64,000 nt of DNA from an uncultured Acidobacteriota bacterium (GTDB lineage Bacteria; Actinomycetota; Acidimicrobiia; Spongiisociales; ZC4RG35), in assembly GCA_963746905.1 (NCBI GenBank), contig CAVVCY010000003.1:629014-693013 (forward strand). Direction: 5' to 3'. Both the position numbers and the translations under genes were made by a program. Of this stretch, positions 28,572 to 38,948 are shown in pieces (position 1 is the stretch's first letter; the number at the start of each line of letters is the position of its first letter). The notes beneath the pieces were generated by a model that did not search any database, was not told the DNA's origin, and saw only the letters and a list, made by a program, of their open reading frames with translations.

Positions 28572-29083
28572 CTGCCGCAACTGCCGTGATCCTGGGTCTC
28601 GCCATGGTCTTGTCGGTGCCGATTGCCAAGGGGGCGGGCTTGGGAGCACTGGTTGGTGGGGTCGGTCTCCTAGTCCTGGTGGTCGGCCTCCTTTACGGCT
28701 TCACTGCCTCGGTGGCTGCCGCGGCCGTGGGCTTCGTATTGCAGATGGCAATCATCTCTGCTCTTCCGGTGGCACTGTCGCCCCCTTTATGGGCTCAGGC
28801 GTTGCTGATTGTCCTGATCGTGGAGTTCGCTTCGGCGTCGTTCGCCGCACGAACTCGCCTCGTCGACCCGATACGGATAGTCGCCCGAGCGATGGGAACC
28901 GCCGTTGTGGTGGGTGGAGTGGTTCAAGTGTCGAGCCTTCTCCTCGAAGGCTCGGAGGTCAGTGGGGTCCTCGTCCGGACCGTCGGGGTGGCCGCTCTCG
29001 TTCTCGCCGGCGGCTGGGTGGCGCTGGTGTGGCGACGGGCGAGCCTCACCGAGGGTGAGCCCCTAGTCGAGGGTCAGGGCTGA
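28538..29083 (+). CDS. Hypothetical polytopic membrane protein
   Basis: 181-aa ORF, strongly hydrophobic, overlapping the end of the DUF58 gene. No recognisable family. Confidence 0.45.
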   Translation: MEDVLATTARLTAATAVILGLAMVLSVPIAKGAGLGALVGGVGLLVLVVGLLYGFTASVAAAAVGFVLQMAIISALPVALSPPLWAQALLIVLIVEFASASFAARTRLVDPIRIVARAMGTAVVVGGVVQVSSLLLEGSEVSGVLVRTVGVAALVLAGGWVALVWRRASLTEGEPLVEGQG

Positions 29084-30052
29084 GATCTCGCGGAGCCGGG
29101 CCAGGTCGTGATAGGCGTCCATGTAACGGATCGAGCGTGTCTTCGAGCGCATGATCACCGAGTGGGTGACCACCTGGTCGCCACGGAAGTCGACGGCGCC
29201 CAGAAATTCGCCGCCGGTCACTCCCGTCGCCGCGAAGAACACATTGTCAGATCTGACCAGGTCCTGTGTGGTCAGTACCTGAGTCACATCGAGACCGGCT
29301 TCGCCGGCCCGGGCCTTCTCGGTGTTATCGCGGGGCCAGAGCCGGCATTGGATCTCCCCTCCCATGCAGGTGAGGGCTGCAGCGGCGATCACAGCTTCCG
29401 GAGATCCGCCGATGCCCAACAGGACGTCGGCGGCGGTGTCCTCCTGAGCGGTAGCGATCGCACCGGCAACGTCGCCGTCCCGGAGCAGTGAGATCCTCCC
29501 TCCCATCCTCCGCACCTCGTCGATGTAGGACTGGTTGCGGGGGCGGTCGAGGATCAAGGCCCGAAGGTCCTTGATGTCCTTGCCTTTCGCCTTGGCGACC
29601 TGCCGCAGATTCTCCTCGACCGGGGCGTCGAGATCGACCGAGCCGGCGGCTTCCGGGCCAACGGCGAGTTTGTCCATGTAGACCAGGGGGCCTGAGGTGT
29701 ACATGGAGCCGCGGCCTGCTGCCAGAGCGATGACCGTGATCGCACCCGGGATCCCGGCGGCAGTCAGCGTGGTCCCATCGACCGGGTCCACAGCAACATC
29801 GACAGTCATCCCCTTCCCGGTGCCGACCCTTTCACCGTTGAAGAGCATCGGGGCCTGATCCTTTTCCCCTTCCCCGATGACAACCAGGCCGTCGATGTCG
29901 ATTGTCGAGAGGTGGAGCCGCATCCCGTCGACCGCCGCCTGGTCGGCCGCCTCCTTGTCGCCCCGACCCAGCCATCGGGCCGCTCCCATTGCCGCCGTCT
30001 CCGTCACCCGAACCAGGTCAAGGCCCAGGTTGCGCTCGACCGGCTCGGCCAT
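29063..30052 (-). CDS. glpX: Class II fructose-1,6-bisphosphatase
   Basis: 329 aa with LGLDLVRVTETAAMGAARWLGRGDKEAADQAAVDGMR and VVIGEGEKDQAPML, matching GlpX family motifs. Confidence 0.9.
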   Translation of the reverse strand: MAEPVERNLGLDLVRVTETAAMGAARWLGRGDKEAADQAAVDGMRLHLSTIDIDGLVVIGEGEKDQAPMLFNGERVGTGKGMTVDVAVDPVDGTTLTAAGIPGAITVIALAAGRGSMYTSGPLVYMDKLAVGPEAAGSVDLDAPVEENLRQVAKAKGKDIKDLRALILDRPRNQSYIDEVRRMGGRISLLRDGDVAGAIATAQEDTAADVLLGIGGSPEAVIAAAALTCMGGEIQCRLWPRDNTEKARAGEAGLDVTQVLTTQDLVRSDNVFFAATGVTGGEFLGAVDFRGDQVVTHSVIMRSKTRSIRYMDAYHDLARLREISALTLD

Positions 30053-31236
30053 CAGTCGGCGACCTGAACCACGATGGCGTCACCCTGCCCGCCTCCACCG
30101 CAGAGGGTGGCCGCCCCAACACCGCCGCCCCGGGCGCGAAGAGCGGTGATCAAGGTCACGACGATGCGGGCTCCGGTCGCTCCCAGCGGGTGACCGAGAG
30201 CAACGGCGCCTCCGTGGACGTTCACCTTCGCCTCGGGGAGGTCGAGCATCCTGGCGGACCAAATGGCAACTGCGGCGAACGCCTCGTTGATCTCGACGAC
30301 GTCGAGATCGCCGGGCTCGAGACCGGCCTTCTTCAGGGCAACCAGGAGGGCCTCGGCCGGGCGCTCGTGCAAGGTGGCATCGGCACCGCCGATCTGACCG
30401 TAAGCCAGGATCTCCCCCAGGATGGGCGAGCCAAAGGCTTCGACCGCGTTCCGGTCGCCGACCACAAGCGCAGCGCCACCGTCGGATATCTGCGAGGCAT
30501 TTCCGGCGGTGATGGTCCCTCCCGCCACGAATGCCGGGCGCAGCGCGCCAAGTGACTCAACGGTTGCGTCCTCCCTGATCCCTTCATCGGTATCGACGAT
30601 CACCGGATCACCTTTTCTCTGCGGGACTGCCACCGGCACGATTTCGTCTGCGAAGCCACCAGTGCGTGCGGCCTCGGCAGCCCGTTCATGGCTCCTTGCA
30701 GACCATTCGTCCTGCTCGGTGCGCCCGATGCCCAGTCGGTCGTTCTTGTGGTCGGACGACTCGCCCATGGTGCATTTGTCGAAGGCGCAGAACAGTCCGT
30801 CATGCTGCATGACGTCGGTCACGTTGACGTCACCGATCCGGGCCCCCCAACGCAACTCGGCCACAACATGAGGCGCGTTGGTCATGCTTTCCATCCCGCC
30901 GGCGACCACGAATTTCGAGTCTCCCAGGCGGATTGCTCGATCCGCGAGCCCGATCGCCGACATTCCCGAAAGGCAAACCTTGTTGATCGTCACCGATGGG
31001 ACTGTCATCGGGAGCCCGCCGAGGACGGCGGCCTGTCGCGATGTGATCTGCCCTTCGCCTGCCTGCAACACGTGTCCGAACAGGACCTCGTCGATCATGG
31101 CGGGATCGACGCCCGAACGCCGCATGGCCGAGGCGATGGCAGCGCCACCGAGGTCCACGGCGTGGAGGGGGGACAGAGCGCCACCGTATTTGCCAATGGG
31201 AGTGCGGGCGATCCCGGTGATGACGCTGTTGCTCAC
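30052..31236 (-). CDS. Acetyl-CoA C-acetyltransferase (thiolase)
   Basis: 394 aa with active-site context [11 protein letters not shown], and C-terminal [19 protein letters not shown] and CGGGGQG. Confidence 0.9.
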   Translation of the reverse strand: MSNSVITGIARTPIGKYGGALSPLHAVDLGGAAIASAMRRSGVDPAMIDEVLFGHVLQAGEGQITSRQAAVLGGLPMTVPSVTINKVCLSGMSAIGLADRAIRLGDSKFVVAGGMESMTNAPHVVAELRWGARIGDVNVTDVMQHDGLFCAFDKCTMGESSDHKNDRLGIGRTEQDEWSARSHERAAEAARTGGFADEIVPVAVPQRKGDPVIVDTDEGIREDATVESLGALRPAFVAGGTITAGNASQISDGGAALVVGDRNAVEAFGSPILGEILAYGQIGGADATLHERPAEALLVALKKAGLEPGDLDVVEINEAFAAVAIWSARMLDLPEAKVNVHGGAVALGHPLGATGARIVVTLITALRARGGGVGAATLCGGGGQGDAIVVQVAD

Positions 31237-31307
31237 GATGACCTCCGGACCTTGATGTTACCGGCAGGCTGGTGGCACCCAAGGGGCGGGCGGCATAGCC
31301 TTGGCTG

Positions 31308-31718
31308 ATGAAGCTCTTGAATCTCGATCATGTCGGGATTGCCGTCACCGATCTCGACGAGGCGATCAATGGTTACCGGGAGCGATACGGGGCGGTTCCC
31401 CTCTATCGAGAGGTAGTCGAAGCCCAGGGGGTCGAGGAGGCGATGATCCCGGTTGGCGGCTCATTCATCCAGTTGCTGGAGCCGCTGGCCACCGACACCC
31501 CGGTTGGGCGATTCCTGGAGAGACGCGGTGAAGGCCTGCACCACGTGGCCTACATGGTGGCCTCGATCACTACGGCCCTAGAACACCTCAAGGGCCAGGG
31601 GGCCAGACTGATCGATGAGAGCCCGCGGATCGGAGGCCGGGGAGCTCAAATCGCCTTTGTCCACCCCGACGACCTCGGTGGTACCTTGATCGAGCTCGTG
31701 GAGCTTGCGAATGGTTGA
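31308..31718 (+). CDS. mce: Methylmalonyl-CoA epimerase (VOC family)
   Basis: 136 aa with LDHVGIAV, IQLLEPL, GEGLHHVAY and IAFVHPDDLGGTLIELVE. Confidence 0.8.
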   Translation: MKLLNLDHVGIAVTDLDEAINGYRERYGAVPLYREVVEAQGVEEAMIPVGGSFIQLLEPLATDTPVGRFLERRGEGLHHVAYMVASITTALEHLKGQGARLIDESPRIGGRGAQIAFVHPDDLGGTLIELVELANG

Positions 31719-31917
31719 AGGGATTCGAATCAAAGGTGGCGCCGGAGAGTTCGAGGCGGCATTGATAGCCGTCGTGCTCGACCACATCACGCGTGAAGAG
31801 GATGCACTCAGACGCACGCCTCCTGGTGGCAGTCGAGGGCTCCCCGCCTGGATGCGGGCGGATCTCATCGATGACCCCGAGGTCCCGCTGGAGCTCGTGG
31901 ATCCCGATCACATTTGA
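31711..31917 (+). CDS. Small ORF, possibly acyl-CoA carboxylase epsilon-subunit-like
   Basis: ATG 31711 overlaps the mce stop. MVEGIRIKGGAGEFEAALIAVVLDHI resembles the N-terminal pattern of actinobacterial AccE/PccE. From memory only; weak. Confidence 0.3.
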   Translation: MVEGIRIKGGAGEFEAALIAVVLDHITREEDALRRTPPGGSRGLPAWMRADLIDDPEVPLELVDPDHI

Positions 31918-31930
31918 CCGCGCGTTTCCC

Positions 31931-32380
31931 ATGGTGACTCTCGAGCTGATCGACCAGATCAATCTGAAAGCGGTCTTCGACATCGACGTCGCGCCTAGCC
32001 AGCAAGGATTCGTTGCCCGCAACGCATGGTCGTTGGCGCAGGCGCTAACCGAGCCCGAGGTCGCCTGGCCGCGGGCAATCGTCGCCGACGGTGTCGTAGT
32101 GGGCTTCTTGATGCTGGAGATCGATCCCAACGACGAAGACGACCGGACCTTCTTTCTGTGGCGGCTAATGGTTGGCGCTGAATATCAGGGTCGCGGATTC
32201 GGGTCGTTGGCGGTCGCTGCCGCCTGCGACGAGGTGAGAGGACGCGGAGGGACTGAGCTGTACACGAGTTGGGTCGAGGGTGACGGAGGGCCGGGCCCCT
32301 TCTACCTGAAGCTCGGGTTCGTCCCCACCGGTGAGATCGATGATGGGGAGACCGTTGGGCGTCTCGGCCTCACGGCCTAG
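31931..32380 (+). CDS. GNAT family N-acetyltransferase
   Basis: ORF 31793..32380 trimmed to ATG 31931 (MVTLELID..). Acetyl-CoA motif RLMVGAEYQGRGFGSLAV, followed by FYLKLGF. Confidence 0.75.
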   Translation: MVTLELIDQINLKAVFDIDVAPSQQGFVARNAWSLAQALTEPEVAWPRAIVADGVVVGFLMLEIDPNDEDDRTFFLWRLMVGAEYQGRGFGSLAVAAACDEVRGRGGTELYTSWVEGDGGPGPFYLKLGFVPTGEIDDGETVGRLGLTA

Positions 32381-33909
32381 GACCGGTTCGTGATCTCCTT
32401 CAGTTCCGGTGCTCGGAGCAGGAATGACACGATGAGGAATCCGGCGAGCGCCGTCAGCCCGCCGAGCAGGGCGGCTCCGAGACCGCCCAAGAAGCTGAGG
32501 CTCCCATCGCCAAAGATCGCGTTCACCACGGGCAGAGCGAGCAATACCGCCGCGGTCGCTGCCAGCAAGCCCCGCACGAGGGAAACCCCAACCTCGCCGG
32601 CCGCTTGCCAACCCGAATCGGAGCCCCAGGCAACGAGGAGAGCCAGGGCATAGGCGCTCATGATCACCACTGAGGCCATGGCGAAGCCTTCCACCCCCGC
32701 CAGTTTGTAGAGCCCGGACCACACCGGCACAGCAACGACAGTCCCCACCGTGCCGATCAGAACCGGTGTCCACATCTTGCGCTTGGCGTAGAAGTGTCGC
32801 GACAGGATCTGGTGCAGTCCCCAGGCCGGGACCGAGAGGGCATAGATCATCAGGAGTCTGGCCACCAGTTCGGTGTCGTCAGCAGTGAACGCCCCCCACT
32901 GGTACAGCAGGCGCACCAATGGACGGGCAAGGACGATCAGCGCGGCCGATGCTCCTGCGGCCACGAAGACCGTTCCCCGGGCCGCCCACGATGTCGTCGA
33001 GGTCAGGCCCTTGGTGTCGCCTCTGGCCGCCAGTCGCGCCAGGAAGGGGTAGGCGGCGACTCCTGCCGCCTGGGCTATCACGCCTACCGGGACCATGTTG
33101 AGTTGCCTGGCGAAGCTGAGAGCCGAGGTGGCACCCTCTTCGATCTGTCCGAACCACCGGACGAACTGCTCGTCGAGGACCGCGATCGATTGCCCCACCA
33201 TCAGCGGCAGCGCAAGGATCAGATACTCACCAACCGACGACTGGCCGCGGGGGACGGGGACCAGGCGGGTGTTGGTGCTACGGGCCCCGTACCACTGCAG
33301 ACCGAAGTTGCCGATGACGGAGCCGATCACGGCTCCCCAAAGAAACCCCTCAGGTGTGGCGTTGCCGGCCGCGGCCGTGATCAGCCCGCCGAGGATGATC
33401 CCGAGGTTGTAGATGATCGGGGCAAGCGCGGGAATCACGAACCTGCGATGGGTGTATTGCACTGCCATCAGCAGGGAACCGGCGACCAGGAACACCTGGG
33501 CAGGAAGGACCAGCCTGGTCAGGGAGACCAGACGGTCGTGATCGACGGCGTTCGGGAACATGAGTGAGACCAGGGGCCCCGCCGCGGTCCACATGACGAC
33601 GGTGAGCCCCACGATCGCGATCACGACGAATCGGAAGACAGAGCTGAAGGCACGATTGGCGCCCTCTTCGTCACCCTGTTCCAGGTGCCGACTCAGGATG
33701 GGGATCAAGGTGATGGTCAGGTACGCCCCAGCCAGCAGATAGTTGAGGAAATCGGGGATGGTGAAGGCCTGTCGGTAGAGGTCTCCCTCGGCACTGACCC
33801 CGATCAGCGAAGCGAGCAACGCTTCGCGGGCCAGGCCCAGGATGCGGGAGAAGAGGACGCTCCCGGCGACGACTGCCGCCGCGGCTCCCATTCGCAGCGG
33901 GCGGCTCAT
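32377..33909 (-). CDS. murJ: Lipid II flippase MurJ/MviN
   Basis: 510 aa with about 14 TM helices. N-terminus reads SRILGLAREALLASLIGVSAEGDLYRQAFTIPDFLNYLLAGAYL. Confidence 0.85.
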   Translation of the reverse strand: MSRPLRMGAAAAVVAGSVLFSRILGLAREALLASLIGVSAEGDLYRQAFTIPDFLNYLLAGAYLTITLIPILSRHLEQGDEEGANRAFSSVFRFVVIAIVGLTVVMWTAAGPLVSLMFPNAVDHDRLVSLTRLVLPAQVFLVAGSLLMAVQYTHRRFVIPALAPIIYNLGIILGGLITAAAGNATPEGFLWGAVIGSVIGNFGLQWYGARSTNTRLVPVPRGQSSVGEYLILALPLMVGQSIAVLDEQFVRWFGQIEEGATSALSFARQLNMVPVGVIAQAAGVAAYPFLARLAARGDTKGLTSTTSWAARGTVFVAAGASAALIVLARPLVRLLYQWGAFTADDTELVARLLMIYALSVPAWGLHQILSRHFYAKRKMWTPVLIGTVGTVVAVPVWSGLYKLAGVEGFAMASVVIMSAYALALLVAWGSDSGWQAAGEVGVSLVRGLLAATAAVLLALPVVNAIFGDGSLSFLGGLGAALLGGLTALAGFLIVSFLLRAPELKEITNRS

Positions 33910-34754
33910 GCGGCTCCCGCGTGACGGCGCAGTTCGTCGACTATCGAGTCAGGGACGACCAGGTCGCCGTAGCCGGTGCCCAGGCTCAGCCCCGGCTTGT
34001 AGGTGCCGTGGTAGTCACTGCCCCCGGATGGCACGAGCCCGAATCGCCGGGCAAGGTCGGCGTAGCCCTCCCTCTCGTGTCGGCGGTAGCCGCCGCAAAA
34101 CGCCTCCAGTCCGACCAGACCCGCAGCGATCAGCCGCGTCAAGAGATCGGCCATCTCGTGTGCTCGATTGATGCCCAAGGTGTGTGGGTGGGCGACGATC
34201 GGCACCGCGCCTGAATCCCGTGCCAGCCGAATCGCCTCTTCCGGGGTGAGCCTCGGCCGCCCGATGTAAGCGGGCTTCCCCGATGTCAGCCAGAGATCGA
34301 ACGCCTCCTCAATGGTTTCGACGTAGCCCTTTCGCATCATCACTGCGGCGATGTGCGGCCGGCCGATGCTGCCGCTGCCGCCCTCCTCGAGGATTTCGTC
34401 GACCGTCACCGGCATGCCCAGTTCGGTCAGCCGTTCTGCCATCAACTCGTTGCGAAGATCTCGGCCCAGACGGAGTTCTTCGAGACGGTCCTGGAGCGGC
34501 CCTGGTCCGGGGCTCAGCCAAAGAACGATGAGATGCATCCCGCCCTGGTCGTATTCGAGGGAGAGCTCGGTGCCGGGGATCAGATCGAGGCCGGAAGCGC
34601 TCGCCGCCGCCTTGGCGTCGGCGATGCCATCCAGAGTGTCGTGGTCGGTCAACGCGAGGGCGTTGAGCCCCACTTCAAGTGCTTGGTCGACGAGTGCCGC
34701 CGGCTTCTCGGAACCGTCAGACGCAGTCGAATGAGAGTGGAGGTCAACGGCCAT
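33906..34754 (-). CDS. PHP-domain metal-dependent phosphoesterase (TrpH/YciV-like)
   Basis: 282 aa with VDLHSHSTASDG, ALTDHDT and VAHPH. Overlaps the murJ start by 4 nt. Confidence 0.8.
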   Translation of the reverse strand: MAVDLHSHSTASDGSEKPAALVDQALEVGLNALALTDHDTLDGIADAKAAASASGLDLIPGTELSLEYDQGGMHLIVLWLSPGPGPLQDRLEELRLGRDLRNELMAERLTELGMPVTVDEILEEGGSGSIGRPHIAAVMMRKGYVETIEEAFDLWLTSGKPAYIGRPRLTPEEAIRLARDSGAVPIVAHPHTLGINRAHEMADLLTRLIAAGLVGLEAFCGGYRRHEREGYADLARRFGLVPSGGSDYHGTYKPGLSLGTGYGDLVVPDSIVDELRRHAGAA

Positions 34755-34790
34755 GGGTCTCCTGCACCCCGATGATGGCTGCTGGGACCG

Positions 34791-35600
34791 TCAAGAACCG
34801 GTTACATCGATGGTCACAGTCTCGATGTAGACGGTCTCGAGCGGGAGGCTGTCCTCCACAGAACCGGGTTGCCGGGCAGTCTTGACCGCCTGGATCCGAT
34901 CGAGAGTCTCCTCACCCGAAATCACTTTGCCCAGACCGTTGAACTGTGGGTTGAGAACCTGGGCGTCGTCGCTGAGGACGATGAAGAACCGACTGCCGGT
35001 AGTGCCCTTGCCGACGTTGTCCATCGCCACGACGCCAGCGGAGTAGACGAAGTCATCTGGGGGGAACTCGTCGGGTAGCCGATACCCGGGCCCACCGCTT
35101 CCATTGGCCATCGGATCGCCGGAAAAGAGCTGGAAGTCGGCGATGACTCGGTAGAAGACCTGCCCGTCGAAGAATCCTTCGCGAGCGAGGAATACGAACG
35201 AGTTGACGGTCTCGGGATAACCGGCCGGATCGAGTTCGATGATGATCTCGCCACAAGAGGTCTGCAGAGTCGCGGTGACGGTCGCGGTCGGGGTGATGTC
35301 CGCTTGCGGCTTTGGCTCGGTGAATTGGGCCACCGCCTCGGCGGGCGGCTGCTCGGCACCACAGGCAGTGGGCTGGGCTCGAAAACCCTCATACCCCTGG
35401 GGCAGAGAGCCTTCGTCGTCCGCGAAGAAACTTCCCAGGACCAGAACGCCGATCACCAGGAGCCCGAAGATCAGGGCTGTGCCCAATCGGCGCCACAATT
35501 CACGCCTGGCGGTTTGCTTCTTTTCGGCCTCCCGCTTGGTTGCGCGCTGCTCCTTTTGACGCCGTCTTCTGTCGGTCATGGCCGGCGCGACTTTAGGCAC
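34791..35600 (-). CDS. Membrane-anchored cyclophilin-type peptidyl-prolyl isomerase
   Basis: Basic N-terminus plus a TM helix ([18 protein letters not shown]), then the cyclophilin core [46 protein letters not shown]. The start could be a later Met (35579). Confidence 0.85.
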   Translation of the reverse strand: MPKVAPAMTDRRRRQKEQRATKREAEKKQTARRELWRRLGTALIFGLLVIGVLVLGSFFADDEGSLPQGYEGFRAQPTACGAEQPPAEAVAQFTEPKPQADITPTATVTATLQTSCGEIIIELDPAGYPETVNSFVFLAREGFFDGQVFYRVIADFQLFSGDPMANGSGGPGYRLPDEFPPDDFVYSAGVVAMDNVGKGTTGSRFFIVLSDDAQVLNPQFNGLGKVISGEETLDRIQAVKTARQPGSVEDSLPLETVYIETVTIDVTGS

Positions 35601-35664
35601 GACCCTCCATCAACCTCCTGCGGTGTTCGTCTTCCGCGGCGAAAGGCTCCAAACTGTGCCGGAC

Positions 35665-36897
35665 ATGTCGATCGTGGTCCAGAAATTCGGTGGGACGTCA
35701 CTAGCCGACTCCGAGCGCATCAAGGCGGTTGCCGATCGGGTGGAGTCGACGCGGACCAATGGGCACGATGTAGTGGTGGTCGTCTCGGCCATGGGAGAGA
35801 CGACCGACCAACTGGTGGCTCTCGCCGCCGAGTTGAGCGATGACCCCTCACCGCGGGAGATGGACATGCTGCTCAGCGCCGGGGAGAGGATCTCGATGGC
35901 GCTGCTCGCGATCACACTGAATTCGCGGGGGATTCCCGCGGTGAGCTACACCGGGTCGCAGGCGGGGATCCTCACCGACTCGTCGCACGGGTCGGCCAAG
36001 ATCCTCGACATCCAGGGAACCCGGGTCCGGGACAGCCTGGCCCAGGGCCGCGTCGTGATCGTGGCCGGATTCCAAGGGGTGGACCCGGAATCGAAAGAAG
36101 TGACCACGTTGGGGCGTGGGGGCTCCGACGCAACTGCAGTAGCTCTGGCAGCGGCCCTCGGCGCCGACACAGTTGAGATCTACACCGACGTCGACGGTGT
36201 TTTCACGGCTGACCCGCGCATCGTTCCTGACGCCACCAAGCTGGTCGAGATCCCCTTCGACGAGATGCTCGAATTGTCCGCGGGGGGTGCCGGTGTCCTC
36301 ATGTCCCGTGCGGTGGAGTTCGGCCGTCGCTTCGAGATACCGATCCACGTTCGCTCGTCATTTCATGACGGCGAGGGGACCTGGATTCGGGAATCCGCCA
36401 TGGAGCAGGCGATCGTGAGCGGGATCGCCCATGATCGCTCCGAGGCAAAGGTGACCGTAAACCGTGTGCCCGACCGTCCTGGCGTCGCCGCGGCTTTGTT
36501 CGGGGCGCTCGCCGACGCCGGAGTGAATGTGGACATGATCGTCCAGAATGTGTCCCATGACGGGTCTACCGATATCAGCTTCACAGTGCCTCGAATCCAT
36601 GTCGTCGATGCGGAGAGGATCTCCAAGCACATCGCAGTCGACATCGGTGCCCAGTCAGTCGATGTCGACACCGATGTTGCCAAGGTCTCTTTGGTGGGGG
36701 CGGGGATGAAGACCCATCCCGGTGTCGCTGCCCGGGTCTTCGAGGCGATGTCAGCTGCGGGCATCAATATCGAGATGATCTCGACTTCCACAATCCGGAT
36801 CTCCTGCGTGATCAGGGGGACTCAGGTCGAAGCGGCGGTGAAGGCTCTGCATGCGGCCTTCAGTCCGCCGACCACTTTCGAGGAGGTTGGAGCGTGA
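35665..36897 (+). CDS. lysC: Aspartate kinase
   Basis: ORF 35578..36897 trimmed to ATG 35665 ([19 protein letters not shown]). [12 protein letters not shown] plus C-terminal ACT repeats. Confidence 0.9.
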   Translation: MSIVVQKFGGTSLADSERIKAVADRVESTRTNGHDVVVVVSAMGETTDQLVALAAELSDDPSPREMDMLLSAGERISMALLAITLNSRGIPAVSYTGSQAGILTDSSHGSAKILDIQGTRVRDSLAQGRVVIVAGFQGVDPESKEVTTLGRGGSDATAVALAAALGADTVEIYTDVDGVFTADPRIVPDATKLVEIPFDEMLELSAGGAGVLMSRAVEFGRRFEIPIHVRSSFHDGEGTWIRESAMEQAIVSGIAHDRSEAKVTVNRVPDRPGVAAALFGALADAGVNVDMIVQNVSHDGSTDISFTVPRIHVVDAERISKHIAVDIGAQSVDVDTDVAKVSLVGAGMKTHPGVAARVFEAMSAAGINIEMISTSTIRISCVIRGTQVEAAVKALHAAFSPPTTFEEVGA

Positions 36898-37907
36898 GCG
36901 ACAGGGTCGTTGCCGTCGTGGGAGCGACCGGGGCCGTTGGGCGCACCATGCTCTCGATTCTCGAGCAGAGGGACTTTCCGCTCGGGTCGGTCCGGCTCAT
37001 GGCATCCTCGCGTTCGGCGGGGACGACCGTGGAAACGGCATGGGGCGAAGTCGTCGTAGAGGACCTGGAGCGTGCTGACCCGACCGGCGTTGACCTCGCC
37101 TTGTTCTCGGCGGGCGGCGCCCGCTCGAGGGAATACGCACCATCTTTTGCCGCCGCTGGAGCAGTTGTGATCGATAACTCGTCCGCCTTCCGCATGGAAG
37201 CGGCGGTCCCATTGGTCGTGGTGGGCGTAAACGACGGGGCCACTCACGGGCACGAGGGGATCATCGCCAACCCCAACTGCACCACTATGACCCTGATGAT
37301 GGCCGCCGGCCCCTTGCACCTTGCCGCCGGGCTCCGCAGCGCGAATGTCGCCTCCTACCAGGCAGTCTCCGGATCGGGACAGCAAGGCGTCACCGAGTTG
37401 GTCGATCAGGTGGACAAGCTCAGGCCTGACCTCGACGCGATGATGACGGGGGGGTGGGTGGACCCGAAACCTGCCCTGTTCACCCGTCCGATCGCTTTCA
37501 ACGTCCTGCCCTTCGCCGGCTCCGAGACCGACCAGGGCTACACGGACGAGGAGTGGAAGCTGGTCAACGAGTCGAGGAAGATCCTCGGCCTTCCCGGCCT
37601 GCTGGTCGAGCCGACCTGTGTGCGGGTTCCGGTGCTGGTTGGCCATGCGGTGGTGGCCACGCTTCGCTTCGAGCGTGAGATGGGCCCCAGCGAGGCCAGG
37701 GAGCTACTCCAGGCCGCCCCCGGTATCGATGTTTGGACCGATCGAGTGCCGACCCCGCTCGACGCGGCCGGCGTCGACAACGTGCTCGTAGGGAGGATTC
37801 GTGCCACTGTCGGCGAGCCGGGCGGGATCAACCTGTTTGCGGTGGGCGACAACCTGCGCAAGGGAGCGGCGCTCAACGCGGTCCAAATCGCCGAATTGTT
37901 GGTCTAG
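36894..37907 (+). CDS. asd: Aspartate-semialdehyde dehydrogenase
   Basis: 337 aa with [11 protein letters not shown] and active site [10 protein letters not shown]. Overlaps the ask stop (GTGA). Confidence 0.9.
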   Translation: MSDRVVAVVGATGAVGRTMLSILEQRDFPLGSVRLMASSRSAGTTVETAWGEVVVEDLERADPTGVDLALFSAGGARSREYAPSFAAAGAVVIDNSSAFRMEAAVPLVVVGVNDGATHGHEGIIANPNCTTMTLMMAAGPLHLAAGLRSANVASYQAVSGSGQQGVTELVDQVDKLRPDLDAMMTGGWVDPKPALFTRPIAFNVLPFAGSETDQGYTDEEWKLVNESRKILGLPGLLVEPTCVRVPVLVGHAVVATLRFEREMGPSEARELLQAAPGIDVWTDRVPTPLDAAGVDNVLVGRIRATVGEPGGINLFAVGDNLRKGAALNAVQIAELLV

Positions 37908-38224
37908 GCGACCGGACGGGTCTCGGAAGCGTCGCTGCGGAGCAACGCCGACATGCGCCGGCGCAAGGTCGGCGGCGCATTTCGAAGACCCAGGTCGAGT
38001 GCGAAGTGGGCATCGTCGGTCACGTTGAGAACGATCTCGTCACCCTCGGCACGTACGTGAAACCCGTCGAGCATGGGTGTGACCCTGATCTCACGCCGGG
38101 ACCAGTCAGCCACTTCGACTTCGCCGGACGTCATGGTCAAACGTTCATCGGTGAGATCGATCACCACATGAATCGGTGAATCCTTGGCGCCCTCCAAACG
38201 GAGTTGGGCGTCGTAGACCGCCAT
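37904..38224 (-). CDS. Hypothetical protein
   Basis: 106-aa ORF convergent with asd (stops overlap). No motif recognised. Confidence 0.45.
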   Translation of the reverse strand: MAVYDAQLRLEGAKDSPIHVVIDLTDERLTMTSGEVEVADWSRREIRVTPMLDGFHVRAEGDEIVLNVTDDAHFALDLGLRNAPPTLRRRMSALLRSDASETRPVA

Positions 38225-38350
38225 CGTTCCTCCCCTTCACTTACAGATGAGCCTCGTGGTCAGCGTACCTCTCAGGGGAAAATGTCCCAGGAGGAGCTCG
38301 AATTCACCCAAGTGGGCTAGACCGCGCTACCCGCCTAGGATTTGGCCAAT

Positions 38351-38424
38351 CGGGACGTAGCGCAGCTTGGTAGCGCGCAGCGTTCGGGACGCTGAGGTCG
38401 TGGGTTCAAGTCCCACCGTCCCGA
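38351..38424 (+). tRNA. tRNA-Pro (anticodon CGG)
   Basis: Acceptor stem CGGGACG/CGTCCCG. D-arm GCGCAGCTTGGTAGCGC. Anticodon stem CAGCG/CGCTG with loop TTCGGGA. T-arm GTGGGTTCAAGTCCCAC. Discriminator A; CCA not encoded. Confidence 0.9.
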
Positions 38425-38436
38425 CTCAGGGTCATG

Positions 38437-38487
38437 TGTCCCCCTGCGAAGCGGGGGGACCGATCACCACAGGTGATCGAGGGGGGC
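38437..38487 (-). repeat. Composite C6/G6 palindromic element (copy 2, reverse orientation), 12 nt after tRNA-Pro
   Basis: Reverse complement reads GCCCCCCTCG / ATCACC-TGTG-GGTGAT / CGGTCCCCCCGCTTCGCAGGGGGACA. The 3' module is 25/26 identical to copy 1. Confidence 0.7.
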
Positions 38488-38497
38488 GGCACGAGCG

Positions 38498-38926
38498 ATG
38501 AGCAACAAGCAACGAGTCTTCTTCGACTGGACCCTCGACACGCTGCTCTACATGGTGGTCCTGGGGTTCTTCAGCGAGTACACCGATGGCGTAACCATCG
38601 ACTCGTTCACCACGATCTTTCTTGCGTCCCTTGTCTTGTACTTCTTGACCTATGTCACCTTTGGCTTCAAGAAGCGGGTTGGGGCCTCGTACGCACATCG
38701 GCCCGAACGTCGGATCGCCCACTTCTTCAGCATTTGGGCCATCCTCTTCTTCTCGAAGTTCATCTTCCTGGAGGTACTCGACCTCGTGTTCGGAGACGCC
38801 GTCGACTTTCAGAACTTCCTCTGGCTGATGGCCGTCTTGGTGGTGGTCGTCGCTCTGGGCATGGTCATGGAGCTCATCTACTCGAAGCTCGGCGACGGCG
38901 AGGAGGGTGACCCGAGCGGAGCCTAG
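38498..38926 (+). CDS. Hypothetical membrane protein (about 4 TM helices)
   Basis: 142-aa ORF with helices LLYMVVLGFFSEY, IFLASLVLYFLTYVTF, FFSIWAILFFSKFIFL and LWLMAVLVVVVALGMV. Visibly less GC-rich than its neighbours. Confidence 0.5.
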   Translation: MSNKQRVFFDWTLDTLLYMVVLGFFSEYTDGVTIDSFTTIFLASLVLYFLTYVTFGFKKRVGASYAHRPERRIAHFFSIWAILFFSKFIFLEVLDLVFGDAVDFQNFLWLMAVLVVVVALGMVMELIYSKLGDGEEGDPSGA

Positions 38927-38948
38927 GTCGATCCGCATCACCACCCCT

